A DNA stretch of 64,000 nucleotides, from positions 55,182,001 to 55,246,000 of the forward strand of contig NC_087437.1 in the NCBI RefSeq assembly GCF_036321535.1, read 5' to 3'. The notes beneath the pieces were generated by a model that made no database searches, was not told where the DNA came from, and worked only from the letters and a program-made list of their open reading frames with translations. This DNA comes from Camelus dromedarius (Eukaryota). The position numbers and the translations under genes are program-made. This document shows, piece by piece, positions 12,698-25,588 of the stretch (positions are counted from its first letter, which is position 1; each line of letters opens with the position of its first letter).

Positions 12698-13110
12698 AGT
12701 CAGTATAGACTAGGATATGCTGTGATAACAAACAACTCCAGAATTACAGTAATATATCAAAACAAAATTTTATCTAATGCTCATTCAGATTCTACTAGAA
12801 GTCCTGGTGTTTCTCCAGGGCAACTGCCCCTTAGGTGCTTGTTCAGTATCTTAGGCTGTTTAGATCTTACGGTATCTCCATATGGTTACATGCTTCTGCA
12901 ATTCCTGTGGCAACAGAAGAGCCAAGTGATAGATTCAAGCATCTTCAATTAAATGTTTCTGCATGAAGACTATGCTTATCACTTCCTCTCACATTTCACC
13001 ATCAAATCAAATCACATGTTCATGCCCAACTTCAAGAGGCAGATTAGTGCAACTTCCCATGTATTCAGAAGTAGAGGATACCTAGCTATTGATGAATAGT
13101 AGTGGTCACC
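12698..13110 (-). mobile_element. Old MaLR LTR (MLT1J/K-like)
   Basis: agtcagtatagactaggatatgctgtgataacaaacaactcc...atcacttcctctcacatttc...atcacatg...cccaacttcaag. Confidence 0.7.
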
Positions 13111-14439
13111 ATATGAACTTATGACTATTCAGGTGGAGCTAATGATTAAGGTAGTTAATGATAGAGTATTATTTATGCAGCCTACCACAAGAGGTTGTTG
13201 TAAACCTCAAATGAAATAATGATTACAAAAGGGCTGGGAATACTTTAATATTTTAAGGCTTACTGTTTTCTCTTTGGACTTCCATCAGGTGAATCTCTGA
13301 TGGCTTTTCAGCTGAAAGCTGATTGGATGATTCGTCAGAGGGCACAAACCATTTCCAGATAACCTAAAGTCTCCTTTGGCGACAGATTCCCATAAATATT
13401 TATTTATTCAGTGGAAAACCTAGTTAAGTGTAGCGGGGTGGAATAGACCTGGGGTAGAAGGTTAAGAGTGATCAGGACAAGTTGATGATAAGGATGTGGC
13501 TCAGATGGAAAAATAAAGCATACTAGAGTATAAATGTGAGCCTGCTGAGATCTGCTCTGTGATTCTCTTTAATAACTGAGTCGAGAAGTGTTAATGAGCA
13601 TGACACAGGGCACACAGCCATCAAGTGAATTAGTCATAGCTTGATTCTTTTATGTGCCTTGTCTAATGGCAAATATTACCCAGCAGTCATGGCAGCAGCA
13701 CTCTCAGACGGAGCAGAAGGTGTGGAAGGGAGTAATGAGGCTGCCTGAAAACTGTTTTACAGAGCCTTGCACCAATTCACAACAGATAATAGAACTCAAA
13801 GGCAGACAGATAATAGAAGCGACAGCCATTTATTGCTAAGAGACTGTCTGAATATTTGTGTGTAAAACAGCCCACTCCAAGCTCTTTAATCACATTTCCC
13901 ATGAAAAAGTGGCAAAAAGGAAAGCCACGTGGCAGGCTACTTCCATTAGTGTATTCTAAATGAGTATAAAGAAGAGGAATGAGTAGATACAAGGAAAAAG
14001 AATACTGACAGAGACGGCAGATCAGAAACAGAGCTCGGCTGTTTAAATCTAGCAAATTGGGACATGTTCTACTTGTGGGTAGGGCAGAGTATTGGAAAAA
14101 GAACTCATCCTGGAGTTCTTTGATATTCAGCATTGTTAAAGGAATCCTAGCTTACAGTTCTTTGATTCCTGAAAGAGAGGATGGCTCATTCAAACCTCAT
14201 TCTCTCTTACTTCATGCCTAGATTTTGGCACTTTATTTTTAGCATTGTGGATAGTGAATGGGGACAGATGTCTTTGGTTAAAGTCTGAGGGATGAAATGC
14301 ACAGTTCTCCATATGCTTTTGTAAAGACTAACAGTCTTATCTTTTGTCAAAAGATCTCCAAAAAGATGCCCAAAGGAAATATAATACAAGGTCCCTCTAA
14401 TACAATGTGAAATTCAGAAACTTTGTTTTTCATATCTTT

Positions 14440-14935
14440 TCCCACTCCATCTGGCAATCATGTGCTCTGTTCTAGTGCCATATTTTAAGAGGGACATTAA
14501 CCAGATGAAGTGCATCCAAAAGAAGATGTCCAAAACATCACTGGAATGTGAAATCATATCAAATGGTAAGAGGGCCTGGAGAAGACTTTGACATGGGGAA
14601 GATTATGAGTATTATGACAATATATTCACAATAGCTAATTTCTTTCTTGTGAAAGAGGAACTGAATATGTTCCATAAGACTAGGGAGCAGAAAAGGTCAA
14701 TAAAGTGAAGAAGAACTGGTTGACCTTAATCTAATCATAGGAAATGATGTGTCAGTGATGAGCGCTGTCCAGGAATTGAAAGCACTGTCTGGAGGAGTCG
14801 TGAGTTCCCTGTCAGTGGATATGTCCAAGTAGAAGCCAAGTAACCACTTATCAAGGATATTGTAGAGAAAAGTTAAGCTGGAGAGTGCCCTAAATGATGG
14901 GAAGTCCACCTGAATCCATAAAGTCTGTGATATTC
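14440..14935 (+). mobile_element. L3/CR1 LINE 3' fragment
   Basis: ttctagtgccatattttaagagggacattaacc...gtgagttccctgtcagtgga...ctgtgat matches the CR1 3' region. Confidence 0.75.
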
Positions 14936-15799
14936 CTCTTGTTGTTAGTCTCCTCAGGAAGGTCTTTGAGGTACTGTAACCTGGACTCCAGGAGATGAGC
15001 AGGGATGAAAAAATGGGAACTTTAAAGACTGTTTGAAATGGTTTTTCTTCTCTTCTGAAGTCAGAAAGACTTCAGGTTTTACATTATCACGGTTATAGAA
15101 GTAAGGGTTATTGTTGAGATAAATAGTAAATCACGATTCCTTGAGTTTTTGTACAATTCTCTGGTTTTCCTGGAGTTAATGATTGCCTTGTTTATTCATT
15201 TTTTTAATTTTTAAGTATATATAATGAATTAACCCCCGCATGCTTTAACAGCTTTGTAAAATACTCTGCATTATTATTTATATGTAGTCAAATGCACTAA
15301 GTCATCCACCAAGTCCACATGTAACAATTTAGTACCAAGAACTATTAGCTGTGTATCTAAAATCTTCTCCCTTTCTTTTTTATTAATGGAAGCCTACTAT
15401 TTGTTTAAGGAAGCAATATGTACAGCTTAAAAAAATTATTTACTGGCCTTTCTTGCAGCAAATATTGTTCATAAGATACTTGTAAGATCCATAAAATGCT
15501 TCTCCTTCTCTTTGTCCTCTGTTTTTTCTTCCTTCCTTCCTGAATATGCTGGTTTTAGGTAAGGGATCAAACAGCCTTTATATGACATGAAGCAACCAGG
15601 AGAATAAAATATACAAGGAACAGAAGACTAGAAAGAGACTGGAGTATTAATGACGTTACAAACCCCAATCCAAGACTTTTTATATTCAGATTTATGGTTA
15701 AATGTGGGGAAAAATCAAAACAAAACATCTATTTGATTTAATCACTTTGCCCATGTTTCTAAGATATTCAGCTAAATGTAACCCTAACTGATACCAATA

Positions 15800-16850
15800 A
15801 CATTTCAAACCAATGAATTTCTCAATAAATTACGTGGGGACAAGTACCTATTCATTTGGGAAAAAACAAAATGGAATCTTTACTCCACTTTTTAAACACA
15901 AATTTGTCTCAGATGGAGTAACAATATACATGTTAAAAAAAGTTTTAGAATAAAATGCAACATTCTATAAAATCTTGGATTATGGAAGGCTTGCCTTAAT
16001 ATTACCCAAACTTCTGAAATAAAATGACCACTAAATTTAACCACATAAAATTAAAATTTTTTATATAGAATGCTCAAATAAAACAAATGATTAATTACTA
16101 GGAAAATGGTGACCACACTGAACTATAGATCTAATATCCTTAATATATAATTTTTTAATAGCACAAGAAAATTTTTTCAGACAAATAGAAAATTTGGCAA
16201 GGAAAACAGACAATTTCAAGAAAATACAAAATGTATTTAAAAAGTCTCTCACAAAACAGAATAAATAAATAAAATAACAAATACGAAGGAACTTGAAAAA
16301 AATCAGACTTAATGGAAGAAGCCAACTAAAATATTTAAAATAATTTTCTCAGAGAGATAAGAGAAAATAAAACATCTTGGAAATAAGAAAACTACATTTC
16401 ATATATTTGAAGACAAAACAAACAAAAACAACCAAAGAATAAGACAGGGCTTTTGAGAAATCAAAAATATAGCAATAATAATGTCTGAAAAATTGTTGAA
16501 ATACAAATTTAAGAAAATAAGCCAGTAATTAGAATAAAAACACAGAGAACATCAATATAAGAGAAAACAAAAGAAAATTAGAAGACTAAATCATAAGGTC
16601 CATCCAACAACTAGGAACTCCAGAAAGACCAGAGTAAACAGTGGAGAAGTAGTTATTCAAGTAACAATTTTGTCAAATCTCCCGAATCCAAAAGACGTGA
16701 CACTTGAGATTGGAAGTGTACTTATGGTGCCCATTGTAATGGATGAGAAAGACCCAAAACATTGTGGACAAACAAGTATCTAAACGTTGCTAGATGGTAG
16801 AAATTGTCATATACGAAGTATCAGAAATCAAAATGGCATATCCATCTATT
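15800..16850 (+). mobile_element. Degraded L1ME ORF2 fragment followed by an ORF1/HAL1-like fragment
   Basis: A-rich; caataaat...tgggacaagtacctattcatttggg; aggtccatccaac...taggaactccagaaaga. Confidence 0.55.
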
Positions 16851-17443
16851 TCTATTTCTTATTTTAGTATGACATTTAATCTGGAAAGAATGTTGAAATT
16901 TATCAAATACATTTTCTACTGAAATTGAATCTTAAATTATGAGAAGGTGGTCTTGCTGGTATTTCTTAGCTGTGAGCAACTGGACCACAAGAGAGACTGT
17001 GTGAGAGGGCAGATTGACTGGCATAGATTTCATCTTTATCAATAAGCTGGAAAAACAACTCAAAGGAGCTGAGGTTCATCAGTGCCAGTTTGATATGCTT
17101 TTAAATTCAAATCATTTATGTTTTTCGCTCTTTTTCCCTTGCTCCATTCATTTTTTTTTCTTGTCAAACATCTTCAAGATTTGGCATGGGCAGGGGAATC
17201 TCTAGGCTGAGACGCACCAATTCTGTTTCCTTTTATGTCACTTTCCCCCAGGGGCACTCTCACTGCAATCACACTGACACCATTGAGTGGTCTCTTTTAA
17301 ATATTCTTAATTTCTGTATAGTGCAGAAAGTTGTTCTTGGGATTTTTAAAAATGTCAAACTCTGAGGAAAGCTACAGGGAAATAAAGTCAAAGATAAATA
17401 TAAAGTTTTGCTTATGAAGTACAGTGCAAAAGTTCTGATCTTT

Positions 17444-17557
17444 TAAGGTGACCAGTTATCCTAGTTTGCCAGGCACTGAGGGGGTTTCTGGAACGTGGGG
17501 ATTTCAGTTTTATAACTGGGACAATTTCAGGTAAACTGGTATGAGTTGGTCACCCTA
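17444..17557 (-). mobile_element. MER81 (hAT-Blackjack MITE), full length
   Basis: 114 bp with terminal inverted repeats taaggtgacca / tggtcacccta and internal gtttgcc...actgagggggtttc. Confidence 0.85.
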
Positions 17558-17645
17558 GATTTTACCCGATTAGCTCACTGCCTAAGATCCTCACCCTCCT
17601 CAAAGAACTAGCACAACCCTTCAGGTTCTGGAAAAGAGTTCTTAC

Positions 17646-17740
17646 CTCTCGAGCTCCTGGTAATATACCCAGGGAAGGAACATCTGAACAGCTACCATCC
17701 AGGAGCTGTCTCCTGTGCATCTCGTTGCCCGTATCACCGG
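17646..17740 (-). other. Candidate 95-nt exon in unique sequence
   Basis: Minus strand: acceptor ccttcctctttatag| and donor GAG|GTAAGA. Four CpGs retained and two frames open. No recognised product. Confidence 0.3.
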
Positions 17741-17932
17741 CTATAAAGAGGAAGGCTTTCTCCTTTCAAGTTCATCTGCAATCATCTTTGTGTCCTCACA
17801 CCACCCACACCACCCCCCGTCCTTCCCCCCTCCTCCCTCAACGTCTGGTTTGAGACATGTGACTCTCCTTCTCACCTAGATAGACACAGACCCCCTTCCT
17901 ACATACCAGGGCTTAACTTTACTCTCAGAAGT

Positions 17933-18720
17933 TGTGACATAATATAAAAATGTACTCGATCTTTGTCTCTGTTCCTGGCCTAAGAGCTCCCCAAACCCAT
18001 GGGATTTCCTCAGTACTAGAATGTTTTTTATTTGTTCATAACACCTGAGTTTATGCTAATGAAGAGATTTGGGATAGGGCCCCTAGTTAACTTAAGGATG
18101 GGGCTGGTCACAAGAAGGACCAAGAGAATAGAAGGTTGGGACTTTGAGCCTCACTCATGAATCTCCAGGAAGGGGTGGGGTGAGGCTGGAGATTGAGCTC
18201 TGTAATGATTTTTGAACAATGAGATTCAGAAAGCTTCCAGTTTAGTGACTCCACCAAGGGACTGGGAGGGTGGTTTGCCTGGAGAAGACCTGGCAGCTCT
18301 GTGCCCCGACTCCACCCTGTAATACTTTGTCCTATGCATCTCTTCCATTTGGTTGTTCCTGAGTTGTAGACTTTGTAAGAAACTGATAATAGTGAACAAA
18401 GCAGTTTCCTGAGCTACTGTATGTTGTTCTAGCAAATATTGAAACTTGCGGGGTGATTGGGATTGGGAAATGGTGATGGGAGCCCTCAAACTTGTATTCA
18501 AGTTAGAAGTGTGGGTAACTTGAGGATCCAATACCTGCGGCTGGCATCTGAAGTGGGGACAGTCTTGCAGGACTCAACCCTTAAACCTGCAGAGTGTGAC
18601 ACTAACTTGGTACATTTAGGGTCAGAACTGAACTGTAAGACATCCAGTTGATGTTAGAATTGGTTAGTGTGTGAAAAAACACACATTTGGTGGCAGAAGT
18701 TTTGTGAGCGAAAACTGTTC
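17933..18720 (+). mobile_element. MER21-family ERVL solo LTR
   Basis: tgtgacataatata...gttcctggcctaagagctcc...acctgagtttatgctaatga...ggatggggctggtca...catttggtggcagaagt. Confidence 0.85.
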
Positions 18721-18739
18721 AGGGGCAAATTTAAACAAT

Positions 18740-19570
18740 CCATTTTCATTCACATTCACTGATTCACTCATTTGTTCATCTAAAAATGTATGGAATTTTT
18801 ACTATGTGCCAGGCACTATTTTAGGTTCTGGGGGTTTGATAGTATATATATATATATGCTGCTATGGATCTTATGTTCTTGTTGGAGTGAATTAACACAC
18901 AAACATATAAGTACAAGAGTAGAATAATTTAGATGTGAATAAAATCAAATGGTGAGGTGGGATGAAAAGTAATGAGGGGTATTTTAAATTGGATTTTAAG
19001 GAAAGACTTTTTGAGGAGGCAGAATTGGGCTGTAGCTGGACATTAGGAGGAGAAGTGAGTCTTGAGAAGATTTAGGGAAAGGAAGAGTGTGTATATAAAG
19101 ACTCCCAAATGGAAAGGAGCTTGACTTGTTTGAAGAGCATTGAGAAGGTCAGTATGGCTGGAACACAGGAAGCAAACATGCCATTATATGATATTAGAAA
19201 GGCAGGGAGGAACCAGAGCATGCTAGGGCTTTGACGGCCATGGTAAAGAACTTGGGGGAAGACACTATACGATTTTGAGTCAGAGAGTGATGTGGTCTGA
19301 ATCACATTAAACTATGTCTTTTTGACTGCGGTGTGGGAAAGATCATAGGAGTTAAGAGTAGAAGCAGTGTGACCAAATTAGGGAGGTATTCAGATTGTTC
19401 AAAAGAATGTAAAAGCTGGCTTGCTGTAGGTTAGGAACAGTGGAGGAAGGAAGTGGTCATAACTGGGTCATATTTTGGGCTCAGATAGTAGAACTTGCTG
19501 TTGGACTGAATGGGGAAGGGGTGAGAGATGAAGAAGAATGAAGGATGCCTCCTGAAGTTTTGGTGTGAGC
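18740..19570 (-). mobile_element. L2 LINE
   Basis: cattcactgattcactcatt...tactatgtgccaggcactattttagg...gaatgaaggatgcctcctgaagttttgg. Confidence 0.85.
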
Positions 19571-19739
19571 AAAAAAGTATCTGTTGGTGTCTGAACACTA
19601 TTCATTGATTGTAGCACTCGTGGCATGCCTATAGAAAGAGCTACCAAAAAAGAGATACAATTCTGAAGTGAGGAAAGCATTTCCGCCTGGTATTAAATAT
19701 TCTGTTACCACAATGTGGTCTTTGTACATGATGATTAAA

Positions 19740-19960
19740 AGCGGTACTATTGAACAGCTCTGCTCGACTTTGTACTCCATCCTGCTACTTACTAACTGTG
19801 GATCTAGGTCAAATTAACTTCTTTGCCCCAGTTTCCTCATGGAGGATAATAAGTAATATATATCTCATAGGATTTTGTGAGAATTAAATGAGTTAACACA
19901 TGTAAAGCCCTTAGAAAAATGTCTGGCAAGAAATGAAAGCTATTACATTTATTAAATAGC
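19740..19960 (+). mobile_element. MIR SINE
   Basis: ctacttactaactgtg...cagtttcctcat...ctcataggattttgtgagaattaaatgagttaa. Confidence 0.85.
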
Positions 19961-20477
19961 TTTAATGACACTATTATATCCATTATATGAATATCTTATA
20001 GTTTATATAATTGATCTTCCCCTTTGTCAAACATTTAGATTATTACCAATAATCTTTATTAGCTATAGTTCTATAATAAACAAACAATACCTATTTTTCC
20101 ATTTTAATTATATATTTAAGATAGATTCCCACAGTTGGATTTGCTGGCTCAAATAATCTGGAAAATGCAAGATTTAAGGCTTTTGCTACATATTGCCAAA
20201 GAGTATACCAATTTTACTGCCACTAGCTGTGTATTTCCTCACACTGTAGCCAAATTTGGACATTATTATAAAAAATAGAAAACACATTTACCAATTTGAT
20301 GGAAAAAAATAACATGTCCTTATTGATTAAACTTATATTTAAAAAATATTGAATAAACTGAAAGCTTTATATAAAAATTAGCCATTGACCATTGTTTTAT
20401 TAGAGTATTTGATCTTTCTTTTTCTATTTGTAACAACTGTCACAAATGTGAAGGAAATATTTTCCCAATTTTTTTTC

Positions 20478-23345
20478 TCTTGTGGCAAAATATCTCTCAC
20501 AGAAAGTTTACCACCATCTTAACCATTTTTAAGTGTACAGTTTAGAGGCACTAAATACATTCATGATGTTGTGCAACCATCACCACCATCTGTCTCCATA
20601 ACCATTTTCATCTTGTAAAACCAAAGCTCTTTACCCATTAAACAACTCCTCATTCGCCCCTCCTTTCAAACCCTAGCAACCACCAGTCTACTCTGTCTCT
20701 ATAATTTTGACTACTATAAGTAACCTATATAAATGGAACCATACAGTATTTGTCTTCCTGTCACTGGCTTAATTCTTTTAGCATAATGTTCGAGTTTTAT
20801 CTATGTTACAGCATATTGAAGAATTATCTTCTTTTTTAAGGTTGAAAACCATTCCATTATATGTATATATCACATTTTGCTTATCTGTTCATCTGTTGAT
20901 GGACACTTAGGGTGCATCTATGTTTTGCTATTGCAAATAATGCTGCTATGAATATCGGTGTACAAATATCTCTTCAAGATTCTGTTTTCAATTCTTTTGG
21001 GTATACATCCAGAAGCTGAATTGCCAAATCATCCATATGTTAATTTTATTTTAAGGTTTTTTTTTTTTTTGAGGAACTGCTATACTGTTTTCCAAAGCAG
21101 CTATACCATTATAATTACCCACAAACAGTGCACAAGGGTTCCAATTTCTCCACATCCTCACCAACACTTGCTGTTTTTGTTTTTTGATAGTAGTTGTTGT
21201 GTGGGTGAGAGATGATATCTTATTACAGTTTCAATTTGCATTTTTCTAATGATTGGTGATATTGAGCATCTTTTCATGTGCTTATTTATTATCATATGTC
21301 TTCTTTGTAGAAGTGTCTATTCAAGTCCTTTGCCCATTTTTGAACTGAGTTGTTTGTTTTACAATTGTTGAGTTTTAGGAGTTCTTTATATACCCAGGAT
21401 ATTAATTCCTTATCAGATATATAATTTTCAAATATTTGTTTTGCATTCTGTGGGTTGCCTTTTTACTCTATTGATGTTACCTGTTACTATATATCTTCAT
21501 ATACACATTTAAAAATATTCATGGAGTTCAATTTATCAATTTTTTCTTTTGTTGTTTATGCCTCTTACGTCATATCCAATAAATCATTGCCAAATCCAAT
21601 GTCATAAAGCTTTTGCCCTGTGTTATCTTCTAAGAGTTTTGCAGTTTTATGACTTATGTTTAGGTCTTTGGTCCATTTTGAGTTCATTTTTGTATATGGT
21701 GTTAGGTAAGAGACCAACTTCATTCTTTTACATGTGAATCTCTAGAACTATTTGTTGAAAAGACTGTCCTTCCCCCATTGAATTGTCTTGTTGCCCTTGT
21801 CAAAAATCATTTGATCATATACATAAGAATTTATTCTTGGGATCTCTATTCTATTCCATTTGTTTATATGTCTTTTTTTATTCCAGTGTCACATTGTTTT
21901 GATTACTGTAGCTTTGTAGTAAGTTCAGAAATCAGGAGTCTTGCTTTGTTCTTTTTCAAGGTTGCTTTGGCTATTTGGGGTCCCTTGAGATTCCGTATGT
22001 ACTTTATGATGGGCTTTTCTATTTCTGCAAAAAAATTATTGAAATTTTTGATAGAGATTGCATTGAATCTGTAGATTGCTTTTGTACTATTAACATCTTA
22101 ACAATATTAGATATTCCTATTCATAAACAGAAGATTTGTTTCCATTTATTTATGTTTTTAGTTTCTTTCATCAATATTTTGCAGTTTTTATTGTGCAAGT
22201 CTTTCACCTATTGGTTAAGTTAATTCCTAAGTATTTTATTCTTTTTGATTATACTGTAAATGGACTTGGCTTTGTATTTCACTTAAGATTTTTCCTTCTG
22301 GTATACAGAAGTGCAACTAATTTTTGCTTATTGACTTTGTATCCTGCTACTTTGCTAAATTTATTTATTAGTTCCAATAGATTTTTTGTGGAATTGTTAG
22401 TGTTGTCTACGTATAATATATCATCTGAAAACAGAGATAGTTTTATTTCTTCCTTTCAAATTATTGTATTTATTTTGATTTGTTTTATTTAGATGTGGTG
22501 AAAGCGGACATCCTGGCATTATTCTTGATCTTAGGGGGCAAGGTTTTACTGTTTTACTGTTTCATCCTAGAAGATGCCCTCCTCTTCAGTTTTTTGAAAA
22601 CTTTTGAGAAAGTTTTGAATTGGTTATTTAAATATTTGGTAGACTTCATCAGTGAAGCTCTCAAGTCCAGGGATTTTCATTGTTGGGAGACTTTTGATAC
22701 TGATTCAAACTCATAATTAGTTATAGATCAATTCAGATTTTCTATTTCTTCATGATTTAGTCTTGGTAGATTCTGTATTTCTAAAATTTGTTCATTTTAT
22801 CTAGGTTATCAAATTTGTTTGCATACAATTATTCATAGTACCCTTTTATAATCCTTTTCATTTCTGTAGAATAGCTGGTAATGCCTCCACTTTCATATCT
22901 GATTTCAGTAATGAGTCTTCTCTCTTAATTTTTAGTCAAGCTAGCTAAATGTTTGTCAATTTTATTAATTTTTTCACTTTCAACCTATTTGTGTCTTTAG
23001 ATCTAGAGTGAGTCTCCTATAAGCAGCATGTTGTTGGATAATTTTTTTTTATCTTTCATGATGATCTCTGTCTTTTGATTGGAGACTTGAATACATTTAC
23101 ATTTAACCACTGATAAGTAAGGACTTAAATTCTGTCATTTGCTATTTGTTTTCTACATGCCATATTTCCTATATTACTATCTTCTTTTAAGTTTAATTTT
23201 TTTTTTGTATAATGAAATGTTTCAATTTTTCTCTCACTTCTTTTTGTGTGTATTCTATAGCTATTCTCTTTGAGGCTACCATGAAGATTACATTTTACAT
23301 CCTACAGTTATAACATTGTTATTTGAATGTATACCAGTTTAATGA
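20478..23345 (-). mobile_element. L1MB-like LINE (3'UTR plus degraded ORF2, with internal deletions)
   Basis: ttgtggcaaaata...aaccatttttaagtgtacag...gttgtgcaaccatcaccaccatc, followed by typical antisense ORF2 sequence. Confidence 0.9.
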
Positions 23346-23647
23346 ATTTCAGCTATTGATAGATGTACAGTTTAAAACATGGAGCAGAAATGTGACACTA
23401 TAGGCACCAGAGATCTGGGTTGAAAATGTAATACTTTAAATCAAGGTGAATTTTTCAGTTTCTGGATTCACAGTATATAGGTAGGGCTACTGGGCAAATT
23501 CCACATAATATATGGGCTTATACATATAGAAGTGCCCCCATTTTATAGATGGAAACAGAGGACCAAAGAGGTAAACTAATTTTTCAAGGTCACTCCATGC
23601 TTTATTGAAGGATGATGCAGGCAAACCCTAGTTCAATGACTGGTGAC

Positions 23648-24050
23648 CTGTGGAAGATTGAGTTCACTGAGAAGCACATTCTGATACAGAGATTAGTTAT
23701 CAGGATATTTACTAGGGAGCATCTTTGGGGTCAGTGCCTATGGGAGGGAGAGGGGCAAAGCAGGAGTGGGCAGAGGGAGAAGTGGAGCTTCCATGGGGGA
23801 ACTCAGTTGACTGATAGTTTCAACTAACACCACAAGGAGCTCTGGAGATAAAATGGCCCATCAGAGTTGTTTCACTTTAATTGCAATGGTGAGGCCTTTA
23901 CAGCCCAGCTTCCATCAATTCTTGGATATTTGCCACAATAGGAAGGGAGTCATTTTGGGCAAGGCAGCTCTGCATGGGAGGCAGTCCTGGGAGGACTGAC
24001 AGTAAAGGCGGTCTGTGGCAGCAATCTCAGCAACTGGGATGAGAAGACCC
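23648..24050 (-). mobile_element. LTR16-like ERVL LTR
   Basis: gagttcactgagaagcacattctga...gcaggagtgggcagagggagaagt...ggagctctggag. Confidence 0.7.
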
Positions 24051-25506
24051 AAGTTGAAGGAATGGGAGGACTGGAAATTGTGTTCAAGTGTTAGCGATAC
24101 TTGGCAAACTTGGATTTGAAATCGGGATTCTCTGGTTTCTTTTCCCCGTCTTTACCGCTGTCCTTTGCTGTTAGAGTACAAACTCTTTTTTAGGAGTTTG
24201 TGATTTGGAGTTATTTTTTATTCTTAGATACGAACTGTTGAACTGTGGAGAGTCTTGCCAATACGGTTGATTCAGTCTTTTTATCTTCATACTCAGCCAC
24301 CACAACAGAAACATTTAAGTCTATCCCTGAAGGTTTAATAGCTCTAGCTATAGAACAGAACACTTAATACCAGGCTCTCCAAATGTCTCTCCAAACTCCA
24401 AAATTGAAAAACACCAAACCAAAAAAACAAAGCAAAACAAAACTCTGCTTACTCCATTCTCGCTGTAGCTACATGCTGATAAATGATGATGAATGATGAC
24501 CCTAAGGAGTTTTTTGAATCTACATCTTTTATGTCTGTAGACATCATCCTTCATCTGATGAATATTGAAGCAGAATTCTCCAGTACCATACAGGATTAGA
24601 GGACATTTTGAGATCTTGCTCTGAACCAACACAGACTTCACCCAAGACCTAAATTCAGTCATTATATCCTACCTGCCCACTCTATCGACATGTCAGTTTC
24701 TTGTTTTATTTCTAGGCACTTGCTCAAAGGCTACTTCCTCCAGGAGGATTAAATGACTTAATACATAAAAAACACTTCACGCCTATCATACATATGTAAG
24801 AATTCAACAATATTGCCTACTATTATTATCTTTTTAATGACTTTTGAATCTTCCAAATAAGTTCTGTAATGTGCACCCTACAGCTTATCCCCTTAGACGT
24901 GTTAAAGGCAAAATAAACACAAAGCGGCCAAGCAGTCTACTCCACCTCTGGATTACTGTTTTCAAACTTTCTTAACGGGGACACAATTTTACTTTGGAAC
25001 TTCCATCTAGCCTCCTAATTCTGTTCTTTGGGACCGTATAGACCAAGTTTCTTCCCTCTTCTTTAAGATCATCCTTCAGAATTCATAGAGACCTATTGCA
25101 GTTAATCACTTTAGAAGGTAGCTGTAGAGCTGCGCTTTGTATATTGACTGACTTCAAAGGAAAATTGGTGTTGCCTAGTTAACTGTTTCATTTTTGGTGT
25201 CCGTGTATGAACTGGAGGTTTAGTTCGCTCCTTGGATGGGTTGGTTTCACAGTTCTCTCTTACAGGCTAGTCTGGGAAGTCCTTTCTCATTCCCTCTGCT
25301 TACCCCAATGTGACTTTTTAAAAAGACCATTCATGTATGCCAGAGAAGGCCATGGGTCAAAACTTACATCTGTTTCTTCCTCAGAGTTGTCCTTGCTACA
25401 ATATTTTTTTAGGGATACCTATAGCTACATGCCTAGCATTTGCCATGCCTCCTCTGAGGAGCAGGGCGTTACATCAGTAGGCTAAGGATTTAGGAGTAAA
25501 TCTTAC

Positions 25507-25588
25507 CATGTGGTTCTTGCTCCAGATTTGATCTGCTCACATTTTTGTCTAAGCACAATTGAGTGAAAATAAACATTATCAGCAAAGC
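25507..25588 (-). other. Candidate 82-nt exon in unique sequence
   Basis: Minus strand: acceptor cctgtcttccatcagttctttttgtag| and donor ATG|GTAAGA. Two frames open. Confidence 0.2.

Noticed and set aside
24483..24560. ATGATGA...CTGA spacing suggestive of a C/D-box snoRNA
   Set aside because: The C box lies in a (GAT)n-like run, there is no terminal stem, and I recognise no rRNA-complementary guide
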